From assembly GCA_050485645.1 (NCBI GenBank), contig JBJHBT010000017.1:2752-66751 (forward strand): DNA of 64,000 nucleotides, in the 5' to 3' direction. The position numbers and the translations under genes were made by a program. Shown in pieces: positions 9,501 to 17,796 of the stretch. Positions within the stretch are counted from its first letter, which is position 1; each line of letters opens with the position of its first letter. This stretch comes from Gammaproteobacteria bacterium. GTDB taxonomy: Bacteria; Pseudomonadota; Gammaproteobacteria; Steroidobacterales; Rariloculaceae. The notes beneath the pieces are model-generated. The model saw only the letters and a list, made by a program, of their open reading frames with translations, was not told the origin of the DNA and searched no databases.

Positions 9501-10507
9501 CTGTTGGCAACCAGCGCCGGATCGTTCAGCGGCGCATCGGTCGTTACTTCAAGACGCACCTGCGTACCTTCAACGGCACGGATATCACGGCCGGGATCGA
9601 CCGTGCGCGGATCCATGCCGGTCCATTCCGGGTATTCGTATTCGAGCTTGATATTGGTGACCCGCGGCAGGTCGACGACCTGAACACGATATTCCGAACT
9701 GCGCAGTCCGGCTGTCTGGATGTAGTAGCGCAGCGGCTCGCGCAACGCGAAGAACGTGAAGTCGAACTGCCCGCTCTGGCGGTCGCGGTTCATCGGCACC
9801 CGCTCCCAGCCGTCGCTGCCTTCGAACAGGGCGAACACTTCCATCTGCGGCGGATCGAATCCTTCCGCGCGGGCATTGATGGCCAGATCTCCGCCACGGC
9901 GGACGGTCAGGTCGCCGGGCGTCACGTTGATGCGCTGCGGCGGCAGCGTGTCGCTGAACATCCAGCCCGCCCACAGATGCCGCACGCCGTAACGCCAGTT
10001 GTCCGGACCAAAGGCCGCGAACCACACGAGCCCGATGAGCGCGACCGCGGCCGCGGCTGCCGGCAGCGAAATCTGCCAGGACGGAATCTTCAGTGCGACA
10101 GGGATGCGGCGGGCGAATCGCAGAGCGTCTTCGGCAAGCAGCGACAGAAACGGGGTTGGAGGCTGATCCGCCCGCGCGGGATGCATGAGGCCGTCGTAGG
10201 TCTCCAGCCGTCCGTCAAAATCGGGCGCACGCTGCTCCAGGTCGCGGATGCCACGATTGCGCCTGAGCAGATACAGCGGATAGACGATCAGGCCCGCGGC
10301 CACGGCAACCAGCGCGAGAATGAGCACGAATCTGGCCGAAACCATGAACGCCGGGTCGAACGCGCGGCGCGTCCCCATATAGACAGCGAGCAGCGTGACG
10401 GCGAGTGCGACGCCGGCGGCCAGCGCCGCACCCCGGGCAACGATCAGTACCTTGAGGCGCTGGCGGAATTCACCAAGATAGGCTTCGAGCTGCGACTGTG
10501 CGGACAT
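6539..10507 (-). CDS. Large membrane-anchored coiled-coil protein (DUF4175-like) with Gln/Gly/Pro repeats
   Basis: 1322 aa. Three N-terminal hydrophobic helices, a beta-rich middle, long Q/E/R/L heptad stretches, GQQ/GQP repeats, C-terminal YEEAVAEYFRRL. SD AGGGG upstream. Confidence 0.75.
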   Translation of the reverse strand: MSAQSQLEAYLGEFRQRLKVLIVARGAALAAGVALAVTLLAVYMGTRRAFDPAFMVSARFVLILALVAVAAGLIVYPLYLLRRNRGIRDLEQRAPDFDGRLETYDGLMHPARADQPPTPFLSLLAEDALRFARRIPVALKIPSWQISLPAAAAAVALIGLVWFAAFGPDNWRYGVRHLWAGWMFSDTLPPQRINVTPGDLTVRRGGDLAINARAEGFDPPQMEVFALFEGSDGWERVPMNRDRQSGQFDFTFFALREPLRYYIQTAGLRSSEYRVQVVDLPRVTNIKLEYEYPEWTGMDPRTVDPGRDIRAVEGTQVRLEVTTDAPLNDPALVANSERIAMSTDGNTATARLSVSEDGEYHIATLFNADLVRVTDDYFISLIADEKPVVRLVKPGRDWRASSIEEVTIRVDASDDFGIERLELRYSVNGAPWQSAELDAEGDQVLAEHVLSLEDLRAPLRRSRASASDEDSALTFPLRNPGEIRSLDDLRRLRDANAESATQEALAEALDEEPPTDRVLQPGDLISYYVVAADRGQEVQTDLFFIDVQPFDRSFSQSMQSGGGGEGGGGDQDDEISQRQREILVATWNLIREQSEEASFLDRQQMRDNAIMLSELQQTLADQARTLADRTRARLLDAQDERIAQFVDHLEDAAELMGPASERLANLDLDDAVPYEQEALQYLLRAEALFTDIQVSMERGGGGGGGGSMAGRDLAELFELEMDLERNQYETEQQVSFDQPPQDAVDEAIARLQELARRQERLAREANRRDNLTEQERWRQESLRRETEELRQQLEELQQQLAQAQQQEGQQGQEGQDGQQGMEGQEGQQGQQGQQGQQGQQGQQAQQGGQPGQPGQPGQPGQPGQPGQPGQMGGQFAQTGGQAGQLQEAIQQIQDALDAMDQAGMSSDPEQARRAAEQARRQLDRALAQMTEQRQQLAEAAFSELADRSRDLYEDQRQLAAELQAQLRASSEIEDRSELIGGLDVDSAIEFAQRRQDLQRELEQLERDLQQVARDFQRRTPRAADELGDALANLQRSQAIARLNAAVNAIRGGAAPQVAATEAVTTSALRDLQRDTERALATATREAVAGEAEIDPNQELLAEIGMLRRELAELSRAPGQGGEPGTQAQQGQPGQQGQQGGQPGSGGEPQEGGQQAGGPGEQQGPGGGAFGGGGWNAWASGGGYWDPRERGWGQFGPYDPRIWEDPQRVEEMRERLAEAGGDLLRLGNQLRDQGLTDEQLEWVRQLGDQLRGGFRGNPELLAREFQALVELTDQLELQLRAENARASRSVRTEAPAQATQGYEEAVAEYFRRLGGTEAAGEAR
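7904..8032 (-). repeat. In-frame 9-bp tandem repeats encoding (GQQ)6 and (GQP)7
   Basis: Plus strand: GGGTTGGCC x4 and CGGTTGGCC x3 (7904-7966), then CTGCTGGCC-type units. Confidence 0.95.
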
Positions 10508-10555
10508 GTGCTCTGTTCCCCTATGAACGTGCGCGGCGCCCTGCTGATCGCCGAG

Positions 10556-12550
10556 CTACAGTGCCCGACGCACCCTAAGATGCCAGTTTCCGACCCAGGA
10601 TTCCATGATCGCCGCCGCGACCAGCAGCAACAGCAGCCACGGCCCCAGGGCCCAGGGTATGCGGCTGACGGTGTCGTCGGCGGCTGTCAGCTGACGACCA
10701 TCGGCCTGCTGGCCCAGCGCCGTCCAGCGGGCCAGCGCTGCCTCGTCCAGCGTCGTCAGATCGGATTCTCTGGCATCGAAATTCACCGCAACCAGTTCCG
10801 TCCGACCGCCACCGACGACTTCGTAGTAACCAATCTGATCCACGAGAACGTCACCAGTTCCCCCACCGAGGCCCAGTGCGGCACGTCCGCGCGGGTCGAA
10901 GATCTGCCCGCCGGCCATGCCCATGGCGCGCAGCGCCAGCGTACTACCCAGCGCGGCCTCACTGCTGAAACCGGCGCCACCGAGCATATGATCGGAGAAG
11001 TTCGCCACCATCGGCACGAACACCGGCTGCAGCGGCAGGTCGTTCCAGGCCCGGTCCATCGACGAGGTGAACAGCAGCACACGCCCGTTCCCGACCGTGG
11101 ACTCCACAACCAGCGGTGTGTCGTCCTCCAGGCGCGCCAGAACCCTGTCCTGTTCCGTCGTCTCCAACGCCACGTAGCGGTGGAAGCGCGCCGAACGCAG
11201 GCCTTCCAGGCCGCGCATGGCCGGATGCGTGAGGTCCAGCACACCGGCCGCGACGAATTCCGCCGACCGCTCGGCAGTGGGCGGACGCCCCAGTACCCGA
11301 AAGGCATGACCGGTGACCGGCACCTGGCTCAGTGCGGTCGACCGCTGGCTGAATCCCATCAGCAGCACACCACCGCCACGCACGTATTCGGTCAGACGGT
11401 TGACGGCCGCGGTATTCAGCAGCCCGGCGTCCGTCACGACCACGAATCCGTAGCTGCCAAGGTCACTGTCGATCACGGCATTGAATGTGGCGCCCTCCGG
11501 CTGCAGGGACAGCGCGTCCAGGGTGCGCATCGCCGAACTCAGAAACAGCACGGCGACACCGCCGGGATCGCTGCCGACGACCAGTACCGGGCGCGGTTCG
11601 GCGCGCTTGAGTGCAAGAAAGCGTTCGTCGTCCAGCGGCAGGCGGTCGCCGGGCTGAATGAACGCGCGCACGCGATTCACGCCGGCGGCCAGCTCCAGCG
11701 GCTGGAAACTGATCTGCGCGCGCCCGCCCGCCGGCAGACTCACGGTCTGCTGCTCCACCGTGCGACCATTCAGCTCCAGCGCGACCGTGCGTTCGGCATC
11801 CCGGGCGGCAAAGCTGCGCACGCCGGCCTGCAACTCGCCGGTGACCGCAGAGCCGCCGAAACTCTCCACCGCCCAGTTGTCCTCTCCGTCAGTGGCGACG
11901 CTGCGGACGTGCAGTTCCATCGGTCGGCGCGGGGCGAGCTCGGCGAACCTCGCCGGCATCGCCGAGCGCTGCGCGTCGGTCACGAAATGCAGCACCACCG
12001 GAAGCTCGGCGTTGCGGGTAATGGCTTCGGCGGCCCGCGTCATCTGTCCGTAGTCGGCTCTGAAGACACCAGGTTCCAGCGTGTTGATGCGCTGCCGTAC
12101 CACGGCGCGGTCCACCGTGGCCTCGGTGAGCATCTCGGTTACCCGCCCGCTGGCCAGCAGCTGGATCTGATCGGCGCCATCGATCTGGTCGAGCACCGCG
12201 AGTGCCTCCTGTCGCGCACGCGTCCAGCGGTCGCCATAGCTCATCGACGCGGAGACGTCCATGACGATCACGTGAAGTCTTGCCGTTGCGCCCGCACCGG
12301 CGTCGGCCGAACGCCACCAGGTGGGCTGGGTGAATGCCAGCGCGATCAGCACCAGCAGCGCGATACGCAACGCCAGAAGGAGCAGATACTGAAGCTTCCT
12401 CGCCAGCACCCGCTGCGGCTCACCGGGTTCCAGAAACATCAGCGAACTGAATTTGCTGCGGTTGGGATTGTCCGACGACAGCCGATGCAGCCACAGCGGC
12501 AATGCGATCGCCAGCAGTCCGGCAAGAAACACGGGGGCGAGCAGGCTCAT
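10556..12550 (-). CDS. BatA-type double-TM / vWA / GATase1-like domain membrane protein
   Basis: BatA N-terminus (FLAGLLAIALPLWLH), MIDAS DVSAS...TD, GGVLLMGF GATase-like strand, C-terminal TM helix followed by a basic tail. Confidence 0.85.
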   Translation of the reverse strand: MSLLAPVFLAGLLAIALPLWLHRLSSDNPNRSKFSSLMFLEPGEPQRVLARKLQYLLLLALRIALLVLIALAFTQPTWWRSADAGAGATARLHVIVMDVSASMSYGDRWTRARQEALAVLDQIDGADQIQLLASGRVTEMLTEATVDRAVVRQRINTLEPGVFRADYGQMTRAAEAITRNAELPVVLHFVTDAQRSAMPARFAELAPRRPMELHVRSVATDGEDNWAVESFGGSAVTGELQAGVRSFAARDAERTVALELNGRTVEQQTVSLPAGGRAQISFQPLELAAGVNRVRAFIQPGDRLPLDDERFLALKRAEPRPVLVVGSDPGGVAVLFLSSAMRTLDALSLQPEGATFNAVIDSDLGSYGFVVVTDAGLLNTAAVNRLTEYVRGGGVLLMGFSQRSTALSQVPVTGHAFRVLGRPPTAERSAEFVAAGVLDLTHPAMRGLEGLRSARFHRYVALETTEQDRVLARLEDDTPLVVESTVGNGRVLLFTSSMDRAWNDLPLQPVFVPMVANFSDHMLGGAGFSSEAALGSTLALRAMGMAGGQIFDPRGRAALGLGGGTGDVLVDQIGYYEVVGGGRTELVAVNFDARESDLTTLDEAALARWTALGQQADGRQLTAADDTVSRIPWALGPWLLLLLVAAAIMESWVGNWHLRVRRAL

Positions 12551-12590
12551 GCGTCGACTCCCTCCAGCAGAGCGATACGCGGCCCCGTCA

Positions 12591-13493
12591 TCATCCGCGC
12601 CTCTTGCGGAACATCAGATAGTTGCGCATTGCCGCATCCAGAGGCTGATCGGTTCGCACCAGCATGTGTTCAGCGCCAGCGCGCATGGCGGACTTCTTCA
12701 GCGCTGCAATATGTTCCTGAATCCGTTCGCGGTAGCGCGAACGCATGAATACCGGCGACACTTCCATTGCCTCGCCCGTTTCCATGTCCTCCAGAAACAT
12801 CGATTCCCTGACCACCGGCTCCAGCTCCTGCGGGTCCAGCAGCTGGAACAGCGCAACATCCTGCCCCTGATAGGCAAGCGGCTGCACGCCCTTGAGCATC
12901 GCATCCGGATCGCAGTAGAAGTCGGAGATCACCACGACCAGACCGCGCCCGCGTTCATACTGGTGAAAGCGCTCGAACGATGCCGCCAGATTGGTCTTGC
13001 GGCCCGGTTCGGCGCGGTCGATTGCATGCAGCACGTTGCTCAGACGGCCGGTGCGCGAGGATGCCGGCCGGTGCTCGCGCACCGCCTCGTCGAACACGAT
13101 CAGACCAACGGCATCGTGCTGGCGGGCGCCGAGATAGGCCAGTGTGGCGGCAAGGTACTTGGCGTACTGCAGCTTGGTCACCGCACCGGATCCGTAACCC
13201 ATGGACGCGCTGGCATCCAGCAGGATCACCAGGCGCGTGTTGGTCTCACCGATATAACGCTTGACGTAGGTGCGCTCGGTGCGTGCATAGACGTTCCAGT
13301 CGACAAATCGCGGATCGTCGCCCTCCGAGTAGGCGCGGTATTCGGCGAACTCCTGACTGAAGCCGAAAAACGGAGAACGATGCATGCCGGTGAGCACACC
13401 TTCCACAACGACGCGCGCAATCAGATCAAGGTTGGACAGGCCCGCGAGCACCTCCGGGTGGAGCAGGCTTCTGCCCTGTGCCAGGGCGCTCAT
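12591..13493 (-). CDS. DUF58 domain (vWA-like) protein
   Basis: G.S.EFAEYRAY..GDD.R.VDW signature and LLDASASM; follows moxR. Confidence 0.92.
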   Translation of the reverse strand: MSALAQGRSLLHPEVLAGLSNLDLIARVVVEGVLTGMHRSPFFGFSQEFAEYRAYSEGDDPRFVDWNVYARTERTYVKRYIGETNTRLVILLDASASMGYGSGAVTKLQYAKYLAATLAYLGARQHDAVGLIVFDEAVREHRPASSRTGRLSNVLHAIDRAEPGRKTNLAASFERFHQYERGRGLVVVISDFYCDPDAMLKGVQPLAYQGQDVALFQLLDPQELEPVVRESMFLEDMETGEAMEVSPVFMRSRYRERIQEHIAALKKSAMRAGAEHMLVRTDQPLDAAMRNYLMFRKRRG

Positions 13494-13536
13494 CGATCAC
13501 GCCCGGACGGCGACCGGCCTGGTACCGCGCCGGATG

Positions 13537-14577
13537 TCATCCGGCACTGGCCCGTCGTGCCGACGATTCTCCCTCGACCAGATTCGTCAGTACCTGATCG
13601 GCCGTGATGCCGTCGGATTCAGCAAAGTAGTTGGTGAGTACACGATGGCGCAGTACCGGCAGCGCCAGCGCCGCGATGTCTTCGCGCGTCACATGATAAC
13701 GCCCGGCCATCAGTGCACGCGCCTTCGCGGCCAGCGTGATGAACAGCGTGGCGCGCACGCTGGCGCCGTACTGTATGTAGCGCTTGACCATGTCCGTTGC
13801 GCCGGGATCACCAGGTCGCGTGGCACGCACCAGCTCAACCGCATAGCGGTTGACGTTTTCGGCAACCGGCACCTGACGCACGAGTTCCTGAAAACGGACG
13901 ATCTGCTCGGGGGTGGTCCACGGCTGAATATCCGGCATGGCCATCGTGGTCGTGAAGCGGTTGACGACCTCCAGTTCATCGTCGGCGGTGAGGTAATCCA
14001 GCACCACGTTGAACAGGAACCGGTCGAGCTGCGCTTCGGGCAACGGATACGTGCCCTCCAGCTCGATCGGATTCTGCGTCGCGAGCACGAAGAACGGTCG
14101 TTCGATCCGATGCAGGTTGCCGCGGACGGTCACGGTGAATTCCTGCATGGCCTCCAGCAGCGCGGACTGCGTCTTCGGCGGTGTGCGGTTGATCTCGTCC
14201 GCCAGCAGCACATGCGCGAACAGCGGGCCGGGCACGAAGGTCCAGGTGCGGTGACCGGTGGTGATGTCTTCCTCGATCACATCCGTACCGGTCACGTCGG
14301 TGGGCATCAGATCGGGCGTGAACTGAATGCGTTTGAAACTGAGTCCCAGTGCCGATGCCAGAGTGCGCACCAGCAGTGTCTTGGCGGTACCCGGCATGCC
14401 GGTGATCAGGCAGTGTCCGCCAACCAGCAGTGTGAGCATCAGATGCTCGACTACTTCATCCTGGCCGACGATGACCTTGCGGACTTCGCTGCGGATTCCG
14501 TTCAGGGCGGTCTGGAAATCCGCGATCAGCGCACGGGTCTCCTCGGTATCGAACTGATTGGCGGATTGAGAACTCAA
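13537..14577 (-). CDS. moxR: MoxR-family AAA+ ATPase
   Basis: GMPGTAKT Walker A, RIQFTPDLMP.D, LLADEINRTPPKTQSALLEAMQE, EGTYPLPEAQLDRF. TTG start overlaps the upstream TGA. Confidence 0.95.
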   Translation of the reverse strand: MSSQSANQFDTEETRALIADFQTALNGIRSEVRKVIVGQDEVVEHLMLTLLVGGHCLITGMPGTAKTLLVRTLASALGLSFKRIQFTPDLMPTDVTGTDVIEEDITTGHRTWTFVPGPLFAHVLLADEINRTPPKTQSALLEAMQEFTVTVRGNLHRIERPFFVLATQNPIELEGTYPLPEAQLDRFLFNVVLDYLTADDELEVVNRFTTTMAMPDIQPWTTPEQIVRFQELVRQVPVAENVNRYAVELVRATRPGDPGATDMVKRYIQYGASVRATLFITLAAKARALMAGRYHVTREDIAALALPVLRHRVLTNYFAESDGITADQVLTNLVEGESSARRASAG

Positions 14578-16877
14578 CGTACGGTCTCCATTAACAGCTG
14601 TTGTGCTTCCCGGTAGTGGGGCGCAATGTCCAGAGCATACAACAATTGCTCCCGGCCACGTTCGCGGTCGTCGAGCGCCAGATAGGCACGCGCCATGCGC
14701 AGATGCGCGGCGGGTTTATCCTGCGGATCCATGGCCATCATCGCCTGATACTCGGGCAGCGCATCATCAGCGCGACCGGCCCGCATCAGCCAGTCACCGA
14801 GCTGCGTATGCAGTGAGACCTGCATCGGCGCCACCCAGATCACGTCTTTGAGTACAGCCAGCGCCTCATCGTGGCGCTCGGCCTCATCCAGCCAGTCCGC
14901 GAGCCGCGTCAGCGCACCGGGGTTGTGTCCGCCGCGCCTGTGATAGTCGGTGAGCACCTCGATGGCCTGCTCGCGATCGCCGAGTTCATCCAGTGCACGC
15001 GCGCTGATCAGATACGCGCTGCCCTGACTCACGTACTCGGGATGAATGGCGATCGATCTGGCGGCTGCGCCGCGGGCGGCGGGCCAGTCTTCATTCTGTG
15101 CCGCCTCCTGAGCAGCACGTTGAGCGTCCTGCCAGTCGTCGAGGTTGTCCAGCAGACTGCCGAACTGCTGCTGCACATGGGCGGCGAACTCGCGGTCGAA
15201 ATCCTGTGGCTCGATATCCAGCGCCATCTCGACCGCCTCCGCCGTATCACGGCCGTTCCGGTACAGACGCAGCATCTCGGCCAGCGCCTCCTGCCCCCAG
15301 CGTGTGGCAATGAATTCGCAGATCAGTCCCGCCTGCATGTACGAGACAATGACCTGGCCGCGATAGGTCGGGCGAACGAATCCCTGATCCAGTTCCACCA
15401 CCGGCAGCATCAGCCCTTCCTTCATGGCTTCGAACACCTGTGGCGGCAGATGCCGGCCAGGCAACGGACCGGTGCTCCATTCCTCGAACACCGAGACCCC
15501 TTCACTGAACCAGCGCGGCACCAGATGATCGGTCGCACCGAGCGTGAAGATGTGCGCAATCTCGTGCCACAGCGTCGTGCCCCAGTGAAATTCACCTTCA
15601 GTGCGTGCGGTCGGGCTGTTCATCGCCACCAGATAGCCGAACGCCACGCCGAGCAGTCCGATGCCGGGAAGACCGGCGGTACGCACGGCGAAGTCATCAT
15701 CCTGCGGATACAGTTCGACGATCACCGGCTCCTCGAGCTCGAATTCGTAGCGCTGCGTGAATGTCTCGATGCTGCGTCGCGTCAGATCGATCACGTAGGG
15801 GGTCATCACGTCGGCCTCGGAACGATGCAGGCGCAGAATGATGGCCGCCGAGGCCGGTCGCGGTTCCGCCGGACCACGGTCGGTGGCCTGCGCATCGGCG
15901 GCGCGGTCGATATCCAGTTCCACTTCGTGGTGTGTGACGACGAAGTTGTCGAAGCTGTCGATCAGCCGCAGCGTGTTCGCGATTTTCGCGCTGAACGGAT
16001 CGCCGCGGTAGGCGATTGCCAGATGCCGCTGCGCCGCGTCCACCTCGTTGTGACGCAGCAGGTTCACACCCAGTTCGGCGTGCGCCGAGTACAGATCGGG
16101 TTTGATGTCGATGGCGCGATTCAGCAGTTCGATCGCCTCGCGGTAACGGCGCGTGATCACATAGAAGTAGGCAAGGGTCTCGTAGACCTCGCCATAGCGC
16201 GGGTTGTACGACAGCGCCCGATCCGTCCAGGGACTGGGCACCGTGCCGGTCAGCAGGTCCAGCGACGCCTTCAGGGCATAAACCTCCAGCGGCGGATAGG
16301 CACGTCTCCCGGCGATCTCCAGTGCCCGCTCCAGTCGGTCCGCGGCCCTGTCGTAGGCGCTCTCTTCCAGGTCCATCCGTGCAATCAGCAGATGCGCCGC
16401 CAGCGCATCGGGTTCCACTTCCAGCACTTCCGCCGTCCACTGCCGCGCGCGGTCCTCGAAGCGACCGGCCGCAACCTTTGCCAGACCCAGTGTGGCCGGC
16501 CAGTAGTCCGGCGCCAGCGCCAGCGCCTCCTGAAACAGACGCACCGCCTCGTTGTTCTGGTGCGTTGAGATGAACAGTTCACCCCAGCGGGTCAGCACCA
16601 CGGGATCGTCGGGATATTCGCGGCTCGCAGTCTGGAAGTGCGTATTCGCACGGCGCGGATCACCCAGTGCACGCGCAGCCTCGGCGCGTATGAGCGGATC
16701 CTCATGGTTGTTCAGCAGCGCGCCGTAACAGCGCGTGGCTTCCGCCTGGGCGCCACGATTGTGCTGCTGGTCGCATTGGACGAGATCCTCGGGACGGTCC
16801 GGCCCGTATTCGATCGCCGCCCAGAGCGCCGGCGCCGCGAACAGCGTCAGGGCACTCAATGCGGCGCGGCCGAACAT
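14574..16877 (-). CDS. Exported TPR-repeat protein with central gluzincin (peptidase MA-like) domain
   Basis: Signal peptide (..APALWA), TPR-like helices on both sides, HEIAH followed by PRWFSEG. Confidence 0.8.
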   Translation of the reverse strand: MFGRAALSALTLFAAPALWAAIEYGPDRPEDLVQCDQQHNRGAQAEATRCYGALLNNHEDPLIRAEAARALGDPRRANTHFQTASREYPDDPVVLTRWGELFISTHQNNEAVRLFQEALALAPDYWPATLGLAKVAAGRFEDRARQWTAEVLEVEPDALAAHLLIARMDLEESAYDRAADRLERALEIAGRRAYPPLEVYALKASLDLLTGTVPSPWTDRALSYNPRYGEVYETLAYFYVITRRYREAIELLNRAIDIKPDLYSAHAELGVNLLRHNEVDAAQRHLAIAYRGDPFSAKIANTLRLIDSFDNFVVTHHEVELDIDRAADAQATDRGPAEPRPASAAIILRLHRSEADVMTPYVIDLTRRSIETFTQRYEFELEEPVIVELYPQDDDFAVRTAGLPGIGLLGVAFGYLVAMNSPTARTEGEFHWGTTLWHEIAHIFTLGATDHLVPRWFSEGVSVFEEWSTGPLPGRHLPPQVFEAMKEGLMLPVVELDQGFVRPTYRGQVIVSYMQAGLICEFIATRWGQEALAEMLRLYRNGRDTAEAVEMALDIEPQDFDREFAAHVQQQFGSLLDNLDDWQDAQRAAQEAAQNEDWPAARGAAARSIAIHPEYVSQGSAYLISARALDELGDREQAIEVLTDYHRRGGHNPGALTRLADWLDEAERHDEALAVLKDVIWVAPMQVSLHTQLGDWLMRAGRADDALPEYQAMMAMDPQDKPAAHLRMARAYLALDDRERGREQLLYALDIAPHYREAQQLLMETVR

Positions 16878-16884
16878 AAGCGGC

Positions 16885-17796
16885 CTACTCCGCCTGCGCC
16901 GCGTCTATACGATCCTGCAGCGTTGCCAGCCGCAGCAGCAGCGGTTGCAGTTCGTCGAAGTAATCGCTGGTGGACAGGGTCTCGCGCCGGTCGCGAAGTT
17001 CATCGATGGCGCGCTCGATGTCGTCTCGCTCACGGTACATGCGCTCCAGAGTCGGGGTCATCGTCACCCGCGCCGCCAGACGCGCGATCTCGAACTGCGC
17101 CGCGCCATCGCCCGTGATCCGCGGATGTTCAGTGGCCAGATTGCCGGCCGACTCGTAGCTGTCGGCCACCCGACGGGCCGTGTAATCGAAGGCCTCCTGC
17201 ACGGTGATGACGCCGTTGCGGTTGGCGTCAGCCGCCTCGGATGTCAGTGCATCCGCCCAGTGTTCGGCGAAGCGCGTCGCGTTGCGCTCGTTACCGCTGC
17301 GGGTGGCGGTGATCACGATGCGCCCTTCCGCTTCCCAGGACTCCAGTACGGCACCGCTGGCACTGGAGGTGTTGACCACCAGCTGCGTACGCGCCGGCAG
17401 CGTGTTCAGCAGTTCCGCCAGCTCCTCGCCGGTGGGATCCGGCCCGGGCAGGTTGTATTTGTAGTGTTCCCCATCGTAGGTGCCGTGGCCGATCAGAAAC
17501 ACTGCCACGCTGTCGGTTGGTCTGAGATCGGCCGACAGGGCCTCGATGGCCTCGACCAGTGCTTCGCGGGTGGCATGCTCGCCACTGAGCACGGTGACCC
17601 GGCTGTCGCTGCCGGTCGTCAGGGCGGCCGCCGCCGCCATTGTGTCCGCATGCGCGACGAACGCCTGTTCATAGCGCGGCTCACCGCCCAGACCACTGAC
17701 GATCAGATAGTGAAGCTCGGCGCGGGCTGGCGACGCGCCAACGCACAGCGCGGCAATGACCGGGACCGCGGCGGCCATGACGGCACGGCGGCTCAC
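16885..17796 (-). CDS. Exported caspase/legumain-fold (C13/C14-like) protein lacking the catalytic Cys
   Basis: GTG 17796 overlaps the upstream TGA; signal peptide ending PARA; VFLIGHG, VVNTSSASG, IVITAT, DANRNGVITVQEAF; C-terminal coiled coil. Confidence 0.7.
   Translation of the reverse strand: MSRRAVMAAAVPVIAALCVGASPARAELHYLIVSGLGGEPRYEQAFVAHADTMAAAAALTTGSDSRVTVLSGEHATREALVEAIEALSADLRPTDSVAVFLIGHGTYDGEHYKYNLPGPDPTGEELAELLNTLPARTQLVVNTSSASGAVLESWEAEGRIVITATRSGNERNATRFAEHWADALTSEAADANRNGVITVQEAFDYTARRVADSYESAGNLATEHPRITGDGAAQFEIARLAARVTMTPTLERMYRERDDIERAIDELRDRRETLSTSDYFDELQPLLLRLATLQDRIDAAQAE

Noticed and set aside
9425-12748. 1107-aa plus-strand ORF, and similar long antisense ORFs (4101-5705, 23359-24573, 59146-60681)
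   Set aside because: They lie opposite well-supported genes, have no motifs, and are the expected stop-poor shadow frames of high-GC coding DNA.
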